The position numbers and the translations under genes were made by a program. Under the pieces are notes generated by a model. It was not told the origin of the DNA and made no database searches. It saw only the letters and a program-made list of their open reading frames with translations. A stretch of DNA of 64,000 nucleotides from an uncultured Clostridia bacterium (lineage in GTDB: Bacteria > Bacillota > Clostridia > Christensenellales > UBA1242). The stretch lies in the NCBI GenBank assembly GCA_944362545.1, contig CALVTJ010000001.1:128500-192499 (forward strand). Direction: 5' to 3'. This document shows, piece after piece, positions 61,177-64,000 of the stretch. How positions within the stretch are numbered: position 1 is the stretch's first letter; each line of letters opens with the position of its first letter.

Positions 61177-62235
61177 TTATTTCTCCTTTATACTATTCAT
61201 AAAATTTAATAACAATAGATCATTATTTAATTCTTCTTTAAATGTTTTAAAATTTTGAAGTATATAACTTATTTCTTTAAACGACAAATACATCAAAATT
61301 AATTTAATACAATCTTCTTCTGAAGCTATTTTATTATATATTCCATGGGCTAAATCATGTCTATTCACTTCATCATCTTTTTGCTCATTTGTATTTTTTA
61401 ATAAATTTGAATAGTAATTATTGATTAAGTTCCAAACTTTAATATAATACTCAACCCCCATATCTAAAACAAATTTTGAAATTTCTTTTAATCGATTTGT
61501 ATTTGTACTCTCTTTTATTAAGCCACTTGCCATTCTTTGTTCATTTTCAAGCATAGCAAACATCGTTCTAGCACATGAATTAAAATTTTTATTTTGTAGA
61601 CATTCAAGGGCTTCTTTAAGGTCACATATTTTATTTTTATGTAATTCATTAGAGTATTTAACAGGATTTAAAATATTGCTTAATAAGTGTTTTAAATTTA
61701 AATAATTATATTCTTTAAATAAATTTAATACATAATCTTTAATCTTATTTTGTGTAATGTTATTAAAATTCAAATCTGGTGTTTGCATAAAATATAAAAA
61801 TATTCCATCTTGGGCTAAGAATTCTAATGTTTTCTTATATTCTGAACTAAAATATTTTTCTCTATCATCATGTATCAATTTCCAATATTTATAAAATTGG
61901 GCATAATAGAGATATTTAATCTTTTCTCTTTTGTTTAAAATTGCACAGGACTCTTCATATTCAGGAAATTGTTTTAATTTGTTTATTATTTCATCAAATT
62001 TTGTTTTATTGGTTATATATAGATTTTGAGTTTGTTCTAAATTTTTAATATTATCATTATATAATTGAATGTTATGTTCTTGTAATATTTCTTTTAAAGG
62101 TATTTTTTCACAATATTTTTTGTATTCATTGGTTAGTTTATATAATTCATCATCAAGTTTTTCTAAAATGTCAGCCTCTTTTTCTTGGTTTTTAATAATA
62201 TTTTCTAAACTCATATATTCTCCTAATGTTGACAA
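61177..62235 (-). CDS. hypothetical protein (352 aa) with a C-terminal Rx4H (HEPN/DUF4145-like) motif
   Basis: A complete ORF that ends 1 nt before the recombinase ATG. It is very AT-rich. The motif VNRHDLAHGIYNKIASEEDCIKLILMY fits R-x4-H followed by a helix, as in HEPN-type domains. The N-terminal two-thirds are unassigned and helical. Confidence 0.5.
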   Translation of the reverse strand: MSTLGEYMSLENIIKNQEKEADILEKLDDELYKLTNEYKKYCEKIPLKEILQEHNIQLYNDNIKNLEQTQNLYITNKTKFDEIINKLKQFPEYEESCAILNKREKIKYLYYAQFYKYWKLIHDDREKYFSSEYKKTLEFLAQDGIFLYFMQTPDLNFNNITQNKIKDYVLNLFKEYNYLNLKHLLSNILNPVKYSNELHKNKICDLKEALECLQNKNFNSCARTMFAMLENEQRMASGLIKESTNTNRLKEISKFVLDMGVEYYIKVWNLINNYYSNLLKNTNEQKDDEVNRHDLAHGIYNKIASEEDCIKLILMYLSFKEISYILQNFKTFKEELNNDLLLLNFMNSIKEK

Positions 62236-62268
62236 TGTGACTTAAAGTCGGTTGTAATATAAGTCACA
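62236..62268 (+). promoter_or_regulatory. C-box operator upstream of the controller gene
   Basis: tGTGACTTAAAGTCggttgtaatatAAGTCACa. It contains a GACT-N3-AGTC palindrome and an outer GTGACTT/AAGTCAC dyad. TTGACA lies at 62229-62234 and TATAAT at 62282-62287. Confidence 0.55.
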
Positions 62269-62326
62269 TAATTGTTATTATTATAATGTAAAACTTTTAT
62301 AAAGTCAATAAATATGGAGAATTGTA

Positions 62327-62536
62327 ATGATTAAAGAAAAAGTTGGACAAAGAATTAAAGAATTGAGAACAAAATTAGGATTAAGCCAAGAAGAATTTGC
62401 GTTTAGATGTGAGTTGGATAGGACTTATATAACAAGTTTAGAGCGGGGAAAGAGAAATATATCTCTAACAAATCTAGAAAAAATAGCTAAAGCATTTAAT
62501 ATGACCTTGAGTGAATTTTTTAATTTTGATAACTAA
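62327..62536 (+). CDS. R-M controller (C) protein, XRE-family HTH
   Basis: The 69-aa protein contains IKELRTKLGLSQEEFAFRCELDRTYITSLERGKRNISLTNLEKIAKAFNMTLSEFF, typical of C-proteins. It lies directly upstream of the endonuclease gene. The SD sequence is GGAGA. Confidence 0.75.
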   Translation: MIKEKVGQRIKELRTKLGLSQEEFAFRCELDRTYITSLERGKRNISLTNLEKIAKAFNMTLSEFFNFDN

Positions 62537-62552
62537 AAGGGAGAAAATTAAT

Positions 62553-63281
62553 ATGATAACATTAGAAGAATTTATAGAAAAATTTAAAGAAATACAAAAT
62601 ATGGGTTGGGTTAAAACACATAGAAAAGGAACAACTGGAATTGGTAAAACTTTAGAAGATTTGTTAGGTATTAGAGAAAACAACATACAAGGACCTGACT
62701 TTGGAAAATATGAATTAAAGTCTAAAAGAAAAAATGCAAATAGTATGTTAACTCTGATAACAAAATCTCCAGATACACCTGATAAGGCAAATACTCAATT
62801 AAGATTAAAATTTGGATATAGCAGTAATGCGTATAATAACAATGAAAAGGTTTTACACACAACATTAACTGCTACAAAATTTACACAGATATCTAACACT
62901 GGACATTCTCTCAAAGTTGTTTGTGATGAATCAAAAATTTCAATAGTGTCTGAAAATAATACAATTGAGGCTTCTTGGAATATTGATACTTTAAAAGATG
63001 TAATGACTAAAAAATTAGGGGATCAATTTGTTTTTGTAAGAGCAGAAAGTAAAGGAACTGGTGAAGATGAAGAATTTTTGTTTACTGAAGCTTATTTGCT
63101 AGATGGCTTTAATTCTGATGCTATTATAAATCTTGTAAAAACAGGTGATATACTTGTAGATTTAAGGATTGGTCAATATCATTCAGGAAAAAATAAAGGG
63201 AAAACACATGACCACGGAACAGGTTTTCGTATATTTGAAAAAAGTTATCATTTAATATTTAACATGAAAAAAATAGCATAA
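62553..63281 (+). CDS. type II restriction endonuclease, PD-(D/E)xK (MutH/BcnI/MvaI-like layout)
   Basis: The start is trimmed to an ATG preceded by AGGGAGA. GTTGIGKTLEDLLGIRENNIQGPDFGKYELKSKR contains PD-x6-E-L-K. The gene lies between a C-protein gene and a convergent methyltransferase gene. Confidence 0.55.
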   Translation: MITLEEFIEKFKEIQNMGWVKTHRKGTTGIGKTLEDLLGIRENNIQGPDFGKYELKSKRKNANSMLTLITKSPDTPDKANTQLRLKFGYSSNAYNNNEKVLHTTLTATKFTQISNTGHSLKVVCDESKISIVSENNTIEASWNIDTLKDVMTKKLGDQFVFVRAESKGTGEDEEFLFTEAYLLDGFNSDAIINLVKTGDILVDLRIGQYHSGKNKGKTHDHGTGFRIFEKSYHLIFNMKKIA

Positions 63282-63311
63282 AAAAGTTGAGACTAATTCT
63301 CAACTTTTTTT
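63281..63311. terminator. bidirectional terminator between the convergent R and M genes
   Basis: aaaaagttgaga ctaat tctcaacttttttt. It overlaps the last codons of the methyltransferase. Confidence 0.6.
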
Positions 63312-64000
63312 AAAACAACAATTATTTCTTTTGTCATAGTTGCAACTCTTTTACCAGTTTCGTTTGTTGGAGAGTTTTGCGATGGCATAGATTTGTTTAT
63401 GATATTTCTTCCAAAAGTATATATATAATTAAGTCCATATTTTTCAGCCATTTCAGCAATTATCTTATCTGTTCTAAGATTTTCTCCTTTTACTGTTCTA
63501 TTCCCAACTACCCAATATTGATATCCACCGGTTTTCATTTTCTTAGTTATTCCGTAAATACATTTATCCAAATCAATATAAAAACTAAAAACATCATCTG
63601 CCCTAAGCGGATCCACATTCGCTATTTTTGTTAAAGAATTAACCAATGTTTTACTTTGCAAAAAACTCCATTGTGTTTTATCTTTGTAAGGTATTCCACC
63701 AAGCAATGATTTATCTAATGTTTTTATATCAATATCATCCGAAATTTCTAAATCCAACCACTGTAAAGATAATCTTGAATATTGACCATACGCAACAGTA
63801 GTTTGGCTATCTCCATATGGCGGAGAAGTTATCACTAAGTCTATTGAATTATCAGGAATAGATTTAATACTTTTTATATTTCTTGTATCACCACTAATAA
63901 TTTTAACATTTGAATTAGAATTTTCTAAAATTTTGACAAATTCTCTCATTTTAGAAATATTTTTTTCTAATATAGTTAAAAATTCATTTTTAGTATTTGT
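63293..64000 (-). CDS. N4-cytosine/N6-adenine DNA methyltransferase (SPPY motif IV), probably 5'-truncated by the window edge
   Basis: DLVITSPPYGDS is catalytic motif IV. YIDLDKCIYGITKKMKTGGYQYWVVGN resembles motifs V-VI. The reading frame stays open upstream of Met-63949 to base 64000. No FxGxG AdoMet-binding motif is visible in the in-window part. Confidence 0.65.
   Translation of the reverse strand, partial: TNTKNEFLTILEKNISKMREFVKILENSNSNVKIISGDTRNIKSIKSIPDNSIDLVITSPPYGDSQTTVAYGQYSRLSLQWLDLEISDDIDIKTLDKSLLGGIPYKDKTQWSFLQSKTLVNSLTKIANVDPLRADDVFSFYIDLDKCIYGITKKMKTGGYQYWVVGNRTVKGENLRTDKIIAEMAEKYGLNYIYTFGRNIINKSMPSQNSPTNETGKRVATMTKEIIVVLKKVEN

Larger units (their letters stand above)
59660..64000. 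mobile_element. AT-rich integrated island (serine recombinase, HEPN-like protein and R-M module) abutting tRNA-Ser(GCU); the right end lies outside the window
   Basis: The sequence becomes visibly more AT-rich right after the tRNA terminator. A large serine recombinase sits at the junction. The cargo is typical of mobile defence islands. No second boundary is visible. Confidence 0.55.

Noticed and set aside
1-64000. CRISPR arrays, rRNA operons, IS transposases and a prophage structural module.
   Set aside because: No regularly spaced direct repeats, no rRNA-like conserved stretches, and no DDE/Tnp-like or capsid/terminase-like ORFs were seen. The only recombinase is the serine recombinase at 59.6-61.2 kb.

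Overview
This window covers the chromosomal replication-origin neighbourhood of a low-GC, Firmicutes/Clostridia-like bacterium. It uses the standard genetic code, since TGA is used as a stop. The conserved core is recF (minus strand), then dnaA, a DnaA-box/AT-rich oriC, dnaN, rpmH, rnpA, yidD and yidC. About 17.6 kb of mixed genes follow, and then jag/khpB, mnmE, mnmG, rsmG, parA, parB and three perfect parS sites.

Left of the origin, mostly on the minus strand, lie a truncated dcw-type cluster (rsmH, a membrane protein in the FtsL position, and a PASTA-containing class B PBP), a YugP-like Zn-peptidase, a T-box-controlled glyQS and an ABC-F ATPase. The same side also holds a 12.1-kb gene for a 4043-aa N-terminally anchored giant protein, followed by cls.

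The block between yidC and jag holds housekeeping and accessory genes. These are an amidase, folD, an EEP-family nuclease/phosphatase, two-subunit aconitase X, an orphan Spo0A C-terminal-domain protein and a GNAT. It also holds an OYE/FAD enoate-reductase-like enzyme, a 1395-aa Upf1-like helicase fused to a nuclease, a CMD-cupin fusion, tRNA-Ser(UGA), a ferritin-like protein and a CMP-kinase-like protein.

The right end (about 59.66 kb to the window edge) is a visibly more AT-rich island that abuts tRNA-Ser(GCU). It carries a large serine recombinase whose ORF reads into the tRNA, a tightly coupled 352-aa protein with an Rx4H (HEPN-like) motif, and a C-protein-controlled restriction-modification module.

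The most notable observations are:
- the giant protein;
- a recurring leaderless-mRNA architecture, in which consensus promoters sit 6-8 nt from start codons at six or more genes;
- the dnaA-dnaN block lying inverted relative to canonical origin synteny;
- the parS triplet embedded in long palindromes;
- the orphan Spo0A_C protein;
- the helicase-nuclease with a histone-H1-like tail;
- the tRNA-adjacent island.

No CRISPR array, rRNA or transposase was seen.
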